From positions 16,222-80,221 of the forward strand of contig JASHNQ010000059.1 of the NCBI GenBank assembly GCA_030041545.1: a stretch of 64,000 bases of DNA. The letters are read 5' to 3'. Source of the DNA: a candidate division FCPU426 bacterium. Its GTDB lineage: Bacteria > Oederibacteriota > Muellerivitia > Muellerivitales > Muellerivitaceae. Below, one piece after another: positions 45,603-55,146 of the stretch. The notes beneath the pieces are model-generated. The model was given only the letters and a program-made list of their open reading frames with translations. It did no database searches and was not told the origin of the DNA. Every line of letters begins with the position of its first letter. Positions within the stretch are counted from its first letter, which is position 1. The translations under genes were made by a program, and so were the position numbers.

Positions 45603-47438
45603 TCAATGCCTATCGAACCGGCGGTAAAGCTCGGAGAGTGGAATGGAAAGGATCGTGGGCCTTCCGTGGGGGCAGGTGAAAGGCAGGTTGGCGGCCCTCA
45701 TCTGGTCAACCAGGCGGCGCATTTGTTCCTCATTGAGCTTGTCCCCGGCCATGACCGCGCTGCGGCAGGACATGAAAGTCGCCGCCCTTTCCCGCGCCTG
45801 GTCCAGGCGGTTGGAGGCCTTGACCCCCAAGGCGTCCTGGGCGGCCAGGTCATCCACCAAATCCCTCACCAGGTTTACCAAGTTCTTCCCCGACAGGTCG
45901 GCCGGGACGCTTCGTACGAGGAAGGTGTTGCCGCCAAAAGGCGCCACTTCCATGCCCAATTCCATCAGCGTGTCCAGGTTGTTTTTCAAAACCTGGGCTT
46001 CCTTGGCGCTTAACTCCACGGTGACGGGCATCAGCAGGGGTTGCACCTCCAAGGCCTTTTCCCGCGCCCCTTTCATAAGGCGCTCGTAATTCAGCCTTTC
46101 ATGCACGGTGTGCTGGTCCGCGATGAACATTTCGCTGTCGGACTGGAAAACAATGAAGGTATTGAACAACTGGTTGAAATTATAAAGTGGTACTTGAGGG
46201 TCGATTCGGCGGGCCTGCAAGGAGGCTTTTCCCAATCCGTATTCCTCAAAAGCGGCCATATGAGCCGAAGCCCCCCCTTCCCCGTTTGTCAAAGGGGGGT
46301 GGAAGGAGCTTTTCGGCTCATTCCCCGGATGTTTTTCGGCGATCCGATCGTAAAGCGTGGCAGCGGGGGCTTCGTTCAGGAAACCCGGCTGGACCGGGGC
46401 GTCACCGTAGTCCTGGGAAGTTGGAGAGGCCGGGGCGGGTTGAAGGGCCCCGGACGCCGATAACAAGGTTCCCCGCACGGCCTTGACCACCGCGTCGTAA
46501 ACCGCCCGGTCCTGGGAAAATTTCACTTCCCTCTTGGTGGGATGCACGTTCACGTCCACCTCGTCTTCTGGCACTTCCAAAAAAAGAACGGCTACCGGGA
46601 ACCGCCGGGTAGGAAGCAGGGTATGGAAGGCGGTCATCACCGCGTGGCCCAAGGAGGCGTTGGTGATCCAGCGCCGGTTGACGAAATAAAGCATGTTTTC
46701 GCGGGTGGGTTTGGTGACCGTGGGCCCGCTGACCACGCCGCGGATCCGCGCCCCCGGCCCCGCGTAGTCCAAAGGCAGGAAGGATTGGGCCGTTTCCCTT
46801 CCAAAAACCTTGGAAAGCCGGCCCGGGAAATCCGACGGCGGGGCTTGGAGGGCCTCCTTGCCGTCCAGGGTCAGTTTGAACCCGACTTCCGGGAAAGCCA
46901 GGGCGTAGGTGCTGACCACCATGACGATGTGGTTTTCCTCGGTGGATCGCTTTTTCATGAATTTCAGCCGGGCCGGGGTGTTGAAGAAAAGATTGGAGAC
47001 CGCTAGGGTCGTGCCCACGGGCCGGCCGGTTTCAATGGGTTTGGGAGCGCCCCCGCCCTTGATTTTCAGGGAAACGCCCGAAAGGGCGTCGGCGGTTCGG
47101 GTGGAAAGCTCGAAGTGGGAGACGGAGGCGATGCTGGCCAGGGCCTCGCCCCGGAACCCGAAGGTATGGAGGTTCGACAGGTCCTCAACCGAGAAAATCT
47201 TGCTGGTGGCGTGCTTTTGGACGGACAGTTGGGCGTCCTCGGGCGTCATGCCTTCCCCGTTGTCGGAGACCTTGATGAGCTTGAGTCCGCCTTCCTGGAT
47301 CTCCACCTCCACCCAGGTCGCCTTGGCGTCCAGGGCGTTTTCCACCAGTTCCTTGACCACCGAGGAGGGGCGCTCCACCACCTCGCCGGCCGCGATCTGG
47401 TTGATGACTTTTACAGGGAGGGATTTAATTTTTCCCAT
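45603..47438 (-). CDS. mutL: DNA mismatch repair protein MutL
   Basis: GHKL ATPase N-terminus VINQIAAGEVVERPSSVVKELVENALDA and C-terminal dimerisation domain. Confidence 0.9.
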   Translation of the reverse strand: MGKIKSLPVKVINQIAAGEVVERPSSVVKELVENALDAKATWVEVEIQEGGLKLIKVSDNGEGMTPEDAQLSVQKHATSKIFSVEDLSNLHTFGFRGEALASIASVSHFELSTRTADALSGVSLKIKGGGAPKPIETGRPVGTTLAVSNLFFNTPARLKFMKKRSTEENHIVMVVSTYALAFPEVGFKLTLDGKEALQAPPSDFPGRLSKVFGRETAQSFLPLDYAGPGARIRGVVSGPTVTKPTRENMLYFVNRRWITNASLGHAVMTAFHTLLPTRRFPVAVLFLEVPEDEVDVNVHPTKREVKFSQDRAVYDAVVKAVRGTLLSASGALQPAPASPTSQDYGDAPVQPGFLNEAPAATLYDRIAEKHPGNEPKSSFHPPLTNGEGGASAHMAAFEEYGLGKASLQARRIDPQVPLYNFNQLFNTFIVFQSDSEMFIADQHTVHERLNYERLMKGAREKALEVQPLLMPVTVELSAKEAQVLKNNLDTLMELGMEVAPFGGNTFLVRSVPADLSGKNLVNLVRDLVDDLAAQDALGVKASNRLDQARERAATFMSCRSAVMAGDKLNEEQMRRLVDQMRAANLPFTCPHGRPTILSIPLSELYRRFDRH

Positions 47439-47503
47439 AATGAGTGGTTATCGAAGATTCGGAAGGAAGTGTCAACAGGGAAAAGAAACTACCGTTGTCT
47501 GGC

Positions 47504-48586
47504 TCAAGGAGGGGGAGTGGGGGTCGGATTATTTTGGTTGCAGTAGGTCGCGCCGTAGGTGGTCTGGTCGAACTTCATGTAGTTCAGCCCTTGATTGTTA
47601 TAAACAAACCAAAAATAAAGCTGGGTACTGCCGGGTAGAGTTATTCCGCAATTATTTTCAGGCGTGAATTGGACCCAAGCGGTCGCGTTCGTGGATAAAA
47701 CCTTCACCGCGAAAATATCGTTCGCCGCGAGGGTAGCCGCCGCCGAACCCACGGCCGCGGTCTTGGCCTGGAGCGTATTGGGGTAATAAACCGCGTTGGA
47801 GGGGATCAAGGGGAAATCCACCAAGTCTCCATTGCCCAAATAGGTGAAGATGGAGGGAGCGGGCGAGATGGCCACATCCTGGCTTACGGGCCCGGCCAGG
47901 TAAGTCGAAAGGGTGGTCTGGTCGAATAGGGCTTGCACGTCTCCAGTTCCTAAGGATGTTGAATCGGATGTGACTCCTGAGTTGAATGAATAAAGGTCAC
48001 CGAAGCCCAAAGTCACCTCACAATCGGTATTGTCGGTAATGGTCGTGGTGTAACAACTGTCTTCATCGTAGCCGATGTCCTCCATACTCAGGGTGAAGGA
48101 GGTGGTCCCTTGGACATTCACCTCGTCCGCCCCCACGAACTCCGGACTGGCGGAGGAATATCCTGGCACGGTCAGCTTGGCACTTACCGCCTTTTTCACG
48201 CCCGCGGTGGTGAGGCTATTTAACTGAAACCACTCGGCCGATACCACCCACACCCCCGCTTTGGGCAGGTTGATGAAGATATTCCCCACATCCGACCCGC
48301 TGGTAAATGTGATGACTCCCGTGACCGGGGTTTCCCCGGCCGTGGCCAGGTAATACTCCAAAGCCCCCGCGCTGGGGTTGGGTACACCCCCCGAGGAACT
48401 GGGGGTCACGGGGACGGCCTGGGATTTCACATTGGAAAGAGTATTAAGGATTTGCGGCGGGATCACTAGGTTCAGCACCGCCGCATTGACGGGCACCACG
48501 GGGCTGGAAGACTTGTTGCAACCCGCCAGGATGGAGGCCATTCCGACGCAACAAGCTAACCCCCCCCAAAAAATTTTTTTCACCAT
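47504..48586 (-). CDS. hypothetical lipoprotein
   Basis: Lipobox LAGC. Ser/Thr-rich. PTPTPPP C-terminus. Confidence 0.5.
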   Translation of the reverse strand: MVKKIFWGGLACCVGMASILAGCNKSSSPVVPVNAAVLNLVIPPQILNTLSNVKSQAVPVTPSSSGGVPNPSAGALEYYLATAGETPVTGVITFTSGSDVGNIFINLPKAGVWVVSAEWFQLNSLTTAGVKKAVSAKLTVPGYSSASPEFVGADEVNVQGTTSFTLSMEDIGYDEDSCYTTTITDNTDCEVTLGFGDLYSFNSGVTSDSTSLGTGDVQALFDQTTLSTYLAGPVSQDVAISPAPSIFTYLGNGDLVDFPLIPSNAVYYPNTLQAKTAAVGSAAATLAANDIFAVKVLSTNATAWVQFTPENNCGITLPGSTQLYFWFVYNNQGLNYMKFDQTTYGATYCNQNNPTPTPPP

Positions 48587-49746
48587 TTGAATCCCACGTT
48601 CGTTCCGAAAGTGAACCGCTGGTAGGTGATGGTTTGGTTGTTGACCCCGGCGTTGACATTAGCGATGTAATGGTAAAGCCCGGCCAGGTTCCAGAAGGTT
48701 GAAGAAGAGAGTTGGAAGGTGATGCTTTGTTCGGCCCCCAAAAGGTTTCCCCCTCCCTCGTAATATTCCGTGCTGGACTGGGGATACCCGTTGGGCTGGA
48801 TCCAGTCCCAAACCAACCCGCTTTCCAGCACCACGCCCGGGCCCGCGGAATAGCCGAAGATGGGATGGATTTCCAGCTTGTCCCCAAAATAAGGCCCTGG
48901 GTCCGCGGCGAGGGAATAGGGGGCCGTTGTCTGGGCCGTGTTGCCGGTCCCGTAAAAGCTGTAGGAGGCGTTGATTACCAGCTTGTCCTTCCCCATTTGG
49001 CTGATCCATTGGGTGGTGAGAATATTGCTGGCATCCTCGGTAAAATCCTCCGACGCGGTGGAATAGGTCGACTCAAAGGGGAAAGTGCGCACGTAGCGGA
49101 AGGCCCAAATATCGGCGGCCGACATGCGCAGCCCTAGGGTGGCTAGGGCCACTGCGTTGTCGCCCGGGCTGAAGGTGCCTTGTGCGGAAAGGGTCGTGTC
49201 GTAGGTGGCCGTGGACATGAACCCACCGCCCAGGCCATACTCGACGCCGGGACTTGAAACCGAAAGGGTGTAAAAAACGTCGCCACCCCAGCCCGCGCCA
49301 TGGTAGTAGCTCGGCTCAAAGATAAAGGGGATGGCCCCGACCAGCTCCGCGATTTCCCACCGGTTGTCGCCCGTGGGGATGTTCAGGATGCCGGAAAAGG
49401 TGGACCGCACGGAGTTGCCCATGTCCAGCCCCCAGTTGACGCCCAGGCTGGTGTCGGAAAACTCGCTGGAACTATAGCTGGAGCCCGCGATGCCAAAGCT
49501 GGGGTCCGCGTCCTGCACATAGTCCCCCGCCACGAAGGCCGTGTTCAGGGAAAGGGAAAGGTCTGGCGAGGAGAAATAATAGGACAGGGGGACCCGGTTC
49601 TCGGTCCCGTTGTAAAGCGAGTTGCTATTCCAAAAATCGAAGACATAGCCCGCCTGCAGCTCCTCTTGGTCGGCCCGCGACGGTCCCCCGGCTAAAAACA
49701 GGCCCAAGGCCAGGACCGCCGTGATACCGCATTGTCTCAGGTTCAT
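48580..49746 (-). CDS. putative outer-membrane beta-barrel protein
   Basis: Signal peptide. Alternating hydrophobic beta-strand pattern. C-terminal ...NVGFKW aromatic end. Confidence 0.5.
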   Translation of the reverse strand: MNLRQCGITAVLALGLFLAGGPSRADQEELQAGYVFDFWNSNSLYNGTENRVPLSYYFSSPDLSLSLNTAFVAGDYVQDADPSFGIAGSSYSSSEFSDTSLGVNWGLDMGNSVRSTFSGILNIPTGDNRWEIAELVGAIPFIFEPSYYHGAGWGGDVFYTLSVSSPGVEYGLGGGFMSTATYDTTLSAQGTFSPGDNAVALATLGLRMSAADIWAFRYVRTFPFESTYSTASEDFTEDASNILTTQWISQMGKDKLVINASYSFYGTGNTAQTTAPYSLAADPGPYFGDKLEIHPIFGYSAGPGVVLESGLVWDWIQPNGYPQSSTEYYEGGGNLLGAEQSITFQLSSSTFWNLAGLYHYIANVNAGVNNQTITYQRFTFGTNVGFKW

Positions 49747-49761
49747 AAAGTCGGTCTTTCG

Positions 49762-50550
49762 TTATTTCGTTAAAGGAAGGTATTGGGGGAATCCCAGTTG
49801 TAAATTCAGCAAGTTGTGGGCGCCCAGCGCCGCGATTCCCGTGTTGTGAACCTGGCCGGTGATCCCAGGCAACCCACTGGGCAGATCGGTCAGAGGAGTG
49901 TTGAACTCGTCCAAACCTGTGCCATTGAAACCGTAAAAAGGGTTGGAGGCAATGAAGCCCGGGTGAGGCAGATTGGTTCCCGTGGAAGGCGGCGTATGCG
50001 GCGTCCAGGTTCCGTTCAGGTAGGTGCCTCCCTGGCCCGCGTGGAATTCCTGGGTCTGGCCGTTGGCCGTGGACCAAACCGTGCCGTCGAGCACCAAGAC
50101 GTCCACCTTGCCCGTGGAGGGGTCGTAAAACATCGAGTATTCCGTGCCTCGCACGCCGCACACCACGCCCCCGGCCTCGATCTCGAAGGAGGATTTGGAC
50201 GTCAGCAACTTGCTCACGCTCGCCAAAAGCTTGCCCAGTTCCAGTTTGAATTGGATGACCTTGTCCTTGGGTCCGGGTTGCTGGAGCTTTTCCACCGTGA
50301 ACCCGGTATTGGGGCTGATTTGAAGTTGGGACCCGTCGAAGAGCTTCAGGGTGGCCTGGCCGTCGGCCCCGGCCTCGATACGGTCCCCTTCCGAAACCTG
50401 TCCATTGACCTTGGCTGGATGGGCCTTGTGGCTTTTGGCGGTCGTGAACGTGACCGTGCCCGTGACGGAAGTGAAAACGGCCCCGGTATCGGCCAGGGCC
50501 AATCCCGGAAGGATCAGTAGGAACGTTATAAGTGTGAGCAAGCGTTTCAT
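49762..50550 (-). CDS. periplasmic FecR-domain protein
   Basis: Signal peptide. FecR-like segment ATLKLFDGSQLQISPNTGFTV...FEIEAGGVVCGVRGTEY. No cytoplasmic anti-sigma N-domain. Confidence 0.55.
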   Translation of the reverse strand: MKRLLTLITFLLILPGLALADTGAVFTSVTGTVTFTTAKSHKAHPAKVNGQVSEGDRIEAGADGQATLKLFDGSQLQISPNTGFTVEKLQQPGPKDKVIQFKLELGKLLASVSKLLTSKSSFEIEAGGVVCGVRGTEYSMFYDPSTGKVDVLVLDGTVWSTANGQTQEFHAGQGGTYLNGTWTPHTPPSTGTNLPHPGFIASNPFYGFNGTGLDEFNTPLTDLPSGLPGITGQVHNTGIAALGAHNLLNLQLGFPQYLPLTK

Positions 50551-50823
50551 ACGAACCCCTTGGGCCCACGGGCCCTTTCTTGTTTACAATTTAAGCATAT
50601 CAAAAACAAGCCAAATCTTAGGTGAAACTCCGATTAAATTTTCCAAAAACAGGGATTTTTACGAAAATTAACCTTGCATTGATCACGCCTCTGGAAGGGA
50701 AAACGCTTCCTAGGGTCGGCGGCAAAAGAAGGCTCCCACCGAACTCCCCATAACCAAACGGATTTTTCGCCGTATGCCGATCCCACGAACTTGAAATGTA
50801 TTGAAGGAGCAAGAGCTAAGGGG

Positions 50824-52392
50824 TCAGGAGGGACCGGTAAGGCCCATGACTTCGTAGATTTGTACCTTCGCGGACTTACCCTTGAGGGAGACGGATTTCA
50901 ACTTGTTGACCTTGACGGCGTTTCCCAGTTCCTGGAAGGTCTCCTCCGTGATGAAGATCTGCCCGCCCTCGGTCTCCCCTTCCACGCGGGAGGCGGTGTT
51001 CACCATGTCGCCGATGGCCGTGTACTCCATCCGTCGCTCGCTGCCGATGTTGCCCACGATGGCCTCGCCGGTGTTGAGGCCGTAGCCCACCTGGATCTGG
51101 GGTTTCTTCTCGGCCTTCCACTTCTCGTTCAACTTGGCCAGCTTGTCACGCATCTCAATGGCCGTCTTGACGGCCTTATAGGCCCCGTCCTTCAGCTCCA
51201 GGGGCGCCCCGTAGATGGCCATGACGGCGTCGCCGATGAACTTGTCCAATGTGCCGTTGTTGGCGAAGATGACCTCGGACATGGCGCTGAAATACTCGTT
51301 GAGGAGGCCCACGATGGTTTCCACGGGCTCCTTCTCGGTGAGGGTGGTGAAACCGCGGATGTCGCAGAACAGGACCGAAATTTTCCTTTTCTCGCCGCCC
51401 AAGGAAAGCGCGCCCGTCTTCTCCACCATCTCGTCCACGAGGTTGGGGGAAAGGTAGCGCTGCAGCGAGGTGCGCAGGCGCTCCTCCCGCCTCACGTCGT
51501 CGAAGAGCTTGGCGTTGGCGATGGCCACCGCGGCCTGGTTGGCGAAGGCCGAGAGGAAGTACATGTCCTCCTCGTTGAAGGTGGTGGTGCCTTCCGCCTT
51601 GTCCACGTAAATGACGCCCACGATGTTTTCCCGCTCCCAGATGGGCACGCAGATGACCGAGGAGAGGGGCAGGGCCTTGAGGCTTTCACGGCCGGAGAAA
51701 CGCACGTCGTGGATGGCGTCCAGGACCAGCACGGGCACCCGCTCCCGCAGGACCGTGTCCACGATGGTCTGGCTGTAGGGGGCCTGGGCCTCGGCGGGGG
51801 TCAAGGCATGGGTGGCCGCGGGCTTAAGGTCGCCCGCCTTGTCCCGCAAGAGCAGGAAGCCCCGGTTGGCCTGCATGACCTTGATGGCCATGGCCATGAT
51901 GATGGAAAGCAGGGTCTTGAGTTCCAGCACCGAGTTGACGATGTTCCCCACCTCGTAAAGGGTGAGGAGCTTCTTGTGGGCCAGCTCGTCGATCTTAGGG
52001 GTCCGCGAGTCCTCCGAGTCCTTGGAGACCTCCAGGGCGAACCGCAGGCGGGTGCCGCCGATGGAAATCACGTCCTGGCTGCGCAAGGGGTTCTCGGTGA
52101 CGCGGGCGCCGTTCAGGAAGGTGCCGTTGGTGCTGCCCAGGTCCTTGAGGGAGATGCCGCCCATCCCCAGCATGATCTGGCAATGCTGCCGGGAGACCAG
52201 GGGATCGGTGACGACGATCTCGCAGGTGGTGGAGCGGCCCAGGATGGTGGTGGGCCGGGAGACCTTGAACACCTGCCCCTGCTCCGGCCCGGCCATGACG
52301 GTCAGGGTGATTTGCGGCTTGCCCGTGGACTTGGGGGGGGTGAGGATGATGCGGCCCGGAGTGGACGGTTCGGCGGATTGGGGAGAAGGCAT
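50824..52392 (-). CDS. FHA-GAF-adenylate/guanylate cyclase (class III) signalling protein
   Basis: FHA (TILGRSTTCEIVV...VSRQHCQI...GSTNGTFLNG), GAF, and cyclase motifs ISVLFCDIRGFT and FIGDAVMAIYGAP. Confidence 0.8.
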   Translation of the reverse strand: MPSPQSAEPSTPGRIILTPPKSTGKPQITLTVMAGPEQGQVFKVSRPTTILGRSTTCEIVVTDPLVSRQHCQIMLGMGGISLKDLGSTNGTFLNGARVTENPLRSQDVISIGGTRLRFALEVSKDSEDSRTPKIDELAHKKLLTLYEVGNIVNSVLELKTLLSIIMAMAIKVMQANRGFLLLRDKAGDLKPAATHALTPAEAQAPYSQTIVDTVLRERVPVLVLDAIHDVRFSGRESLKALPLSSVICVPIWERENIVGVIYVDKAEGTTTFNEEDMYFLSAFANQAAVAIANAKLFDDVRREERLRTSLQRYLSPNLVDEMVEKTGALSLGGEKRKISVLFCDIRGFTTLTEKEPVETIVGLLNEYFSAMSEVIFANNGTLDKFIGDAVMAIYGAPLELKDGAYKAVKTAIEMRDKLAKLNEKWKAEKKPQIQVGYGLNTGEAIVGNIGSERRMEYTAIGDMVNTASRVEGETEGGQIFITEETFQELGNAVKVNKLKSVSLKGKSAKVQIYEVMGLTGPS

Positions 52393-52442
52393 TTCATGAC
52401 CTTTCGAGGCGAATTATGAATTTTTAATTTTAAATTGTTGAA

Positions 52443-52500
52443 AGTTTTGATCCAAAGGTTCAACACTTTCCATAACTCGGAACTCACAACTCAAAACTTA
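52443..52500. repeat. intergenic repeat element (family copy 3) between the cyclase gene start and the kinase gene end
   Basis: AGTTTTGATCCAAAGGTTCAACAC...ATAACTCGGAACTCACAACTCAAAACTT. Same core as copies 1 and 2. Confidence 0.45.
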
Positions 52501-52508
52501 GAATTTGT

Positions 52509-54317
52509 TTATTTTTTCAACGCGTATACCAGCACGCTGCAGTTGGCGATGTCCGTCACGAAAAGGTTGTTCTCCGCGTCCAGGGTGACGCCGTAATACT
52601 TGGGGGCGGTGCGGTAATTGCCTTGGGGCGTTCCGAACTCGGTCAAATAATACCCCTCCGGGTCGAAAACTTGGATGCGCATGTCCCGGTCGGTCACGAA
52701 GATGTTGCGCTTGGAATCCACCGCCACGCCGATGGGCGCGGCGAACTCGCCCCTCCCTGACCCCCTTTTGCCGAACTTGTTCTTGAAGACGCCCCGGTAG
52801 GTGAAGACCTGGACCCGGTAGTTCTTCTCGTCCACCACCAGCAGGTTCTGGGCGCTGTCGGTGGTCAGGCCCGTCGGGCAGTTGAACTCGCCCAGCCGCG
52901 CGCCCTGGATGCCAAACTTGTTGATCACCTTCCCGGCGGAATTGAAGACCCGGATGCGGTGGTTGCCCGTATCCGAGACGTAGATGTTGTCCTTTTCGTC
53001 CAAGGCCAGGGCTTGGGGGTGGAAAAACCCCCCTGTCCCGATCTCAATTTTACCCGTTGTGGGCGAGGCAGGCTCGCCAAATTTCGCCAAAAGTTGCCCC
53101 ATTTTTCCGATAATTTGGACATTGCAGGTCTTGGCGTCCAAAACCACCAGGTTCCCCCCCTGGTCCACGGCCAGTGAAACCGGCATCAAGAAGGAGATTT
53201 CCTTGGGGTCCTGCACCTCCTTCCCGAATTTGCCCACGGAATAAAGGAATTTGCCGTCAAAATCAAAAACCTGTATGTTGCACTTGAGGGAATCGCAGAC
53301 GTAAATGCGTTTCTGTGAGTCCACGGCCACAGCCAGGGGCGAGATGAAGTTGCCGTCTTCCTTGCCCCGAGTCCCGATGGCTTTGATGAGCTTGTAATGG
53401 TAGCCCTGGTACCGCAGGGTGTTGATGTCCCCCGGATCCTTGGCCGCCTCTTTCTTGGTTTCCTCTTGAATGATGGTGTGGGTCAAAACCTCCTGGGTTT
53501 TACTGCCGATGCCAATAGGGGCGTCTAATACCTTGAGCGGCAGATTTTCCAGGTCGGCTTTCATCTCATTGGCCGTCTGATAACGTTTAGAGACTTCTTT
53601 TTGCAACGCTTTCATGATGACGGCTTCCAGTTCCTTGGGCAAATTGGCGTTTAACTTGTGGGGTTCGGTGACGTCATCCTTGAGGATCTTGTTAAGGACC
53701 ACCATGGGGACCTCATCGTAAAAGGGAAGCTTACCCGTCACCATTTCGTACAGGATGACCCCTACCGAATAAACATCCGAGGCCTTGGCCGGGTGCCCCA
53801 GCACCTGTTCCTTGGCCATGTAGTAAAGGGTGCCCCCAATGCCCGCCCCGTTTTTCCCCGCCTGGATGACGGCCGTGCCGAAATCGGTGATTTTGGCTTT
53901 TCGGTCGGAGGTCAGGAGGATATTGCCGGGCTTTAGGTCCCGGTGGATGACATTCTTGTCGTGGGCGTATTGGAGCGCGGAAAGGATTTGGATGACAATA
54001 TCGACGGCTTCCTTGAAAGTGAGGGGGGTTTCCTGGATGAGCTGGGCGAGGTTCTTCCCATCCACGTATTCCATGACCATGAAGAAAATGTTCTCGGCCC
54101 TGTCAACCGTCAGGATTTGGACGATATTGGGATGGTCCAGGGAGGCCAGCAGCTTGGGTTCAGCGATGAGGTTGGTGAACTCTTCTTTTTGGTTGTGGGG
54201 TATTTTGATGGCGACTTTCTTGCCGATCCAGGTGTCCTCGGCCAGCCAGACGGTGCCGAAGGTGCCGCTGCCCTTGATCTCAAGGAGTTTATATTTGTCG
54301 ATATTTCCCTGAAGCAT
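52509..54317 (-). CDS. Ser/Thr protein kinase with C-terminal NHL-repeat beta-propeller
   Basis: Kinase subdomains (GSGTFGTVWLA, VAIK, HRDLKPGNILL, DFGTA). Five or six NHL-like repeats (...NHRIRVFN..., ...YRVQVF..., ...MRIQVFD...). Confidence 0.85.
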   Translation of the reverse strand: MLQGNIDKYKLLEIKGSGTFGTVWLAEDTWIGKKVAIKIPHNQKEEFTNLIAEPKLLASLDHPNIVQILTVDRAENIFFMVMEYVDGKNLAQLIQETPLTFKEAVDIVIQILSALQYAHDKNVIHRDLKPGNILLTSDRKAKITDFGTAVIQAGKNGAGIGGTLYYMAKEQVLGHPAKASDVYSVGVILYEMVTGKLPFYDEVPMVVLNKILKDDVTEPHKLNANLPKELEAVIMKALQKEVSKRYQTANEMKADLENLPLKVLDAPIGIGSKTQEVLTHTIIQEETKKEAAKDPGDINTLRYQGYHYKLIKAIGTRGKEDGNFISPLAVAVDSQKRIYVCDSLKCNIQVFDFDGKFLYSVGKFGKEVQDPKEISFLMPVSLAVDQGGNLVVLDAKTCNVQIIGKMGQLLAKFGEPASPTTGKIEIGTGGFFHPQALALDEKDNIYVSDTGNHRIRVFNSAGKVINKFGIQGARLGEFNCPTGLTTDSAQNLLVVDEKNYRVQVFTYRGVFKNKFGKRGSGRGEFAAPIGVAVDSKRNIFVTDRDMRIQVFDPEGYYLTEFGTPQGNYRTAPKYYGVTLDAENNLFVTDIANCSVLVYALKK

Positions 54318-54541
54318 CAGGCCCCCTCACTGTCAGACTGGCTTATTTTATCAGAGCTTTTTCGGCCTGTAACCATCTTAACCTGGACGAGCCGGAACCA
54401 AACAGGGTTGCATCCGCTACTTTCACGGGTGAATCCACTGTAAAAGCGCCCGATCCCTTAGGTCGGGAAATTTTCGGCTTTTTGTATAAAATTTCACGAC
54501 TAAGAGACTAAAGGACCTTTTCAAGTCCTCCCTCCAGGGTT

Positions 54542-55114
54542 TTAAGTCGGCGAAAATTTTAAATCCACGGTGATTTGTTGGTTTTTGACGGCGATGCCTT
54601 CGCACGCCAAAAGCCTTATTTTCCATTCCAACCCGCTGCCATAGCCGCCCAAGAAGTTGCCCGAGGCAATAACACGGTGGCAGGGGATAAAGATAGGAAT
54701 AGGGTTGCGGTTCAGCGCCTGTCCCGTGGCCCGGAAGCCGCACGGCGACCCGGACTTTTGGGCCACCCAGCCGTAGGTTCGCACCTGGCCCCAGGGAATT
54801 TCGGTGGTGGACCTTAAAACTCTTTGCTGGAAGGGGGTCAGGAAGGAAAGGTCGAACCTCCTGAAATCAAAGGGCTTTCCGGCCAATGCCAGGCGGGTCT
54901 GTTTTTGGACCGCAGAGGGAACGGGGGCGGCGGGCTGGTTCCAGGTTTCCTCCGGCAGGGGCGGCAAATACCCGCGCAGCCCCTTGAGGGCCTGCTTCCG
55001 GCTGGGCCTGGGTAGGACCAGCGCCGCGAGACCCTTGGCCGTCCATGCCGCCGCGCAGCATTCCCGGCCCACGTGGAAAAAACCAAAGCGTAGTTTCGGC
55101 ATTTGAATCACCAA
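54542..55114 (-). CDS. ogt: methylated-DNA--protein-cysteine methyltransferase
   Basis: Active-site PCHRVI motif and the WGQVRTYGWVA helix-turn-helix region. Confidence 0.8.
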   Translation of the reverse strand: MVIQMPKLRFGFFHVGRECCAAAWTAKGLAALVLPRPSRKQALKGLRGYLPPLPEETWNQPAAPVPSAVQKQTRLALAGKPFDFRRFDLSFLTPFQQRVLRSTTEIPWGQVRTYGWVAQKSGSPCGFRATGQALNRNPIPIFIPCHRVIASGNFLGGYGSGLEWKIRLLACEGIAVKNQQITVDLKFSPT

Positions 55115-55146
55115 GGCACTCTATTAAAAGACTTTACCGGTTCAAA

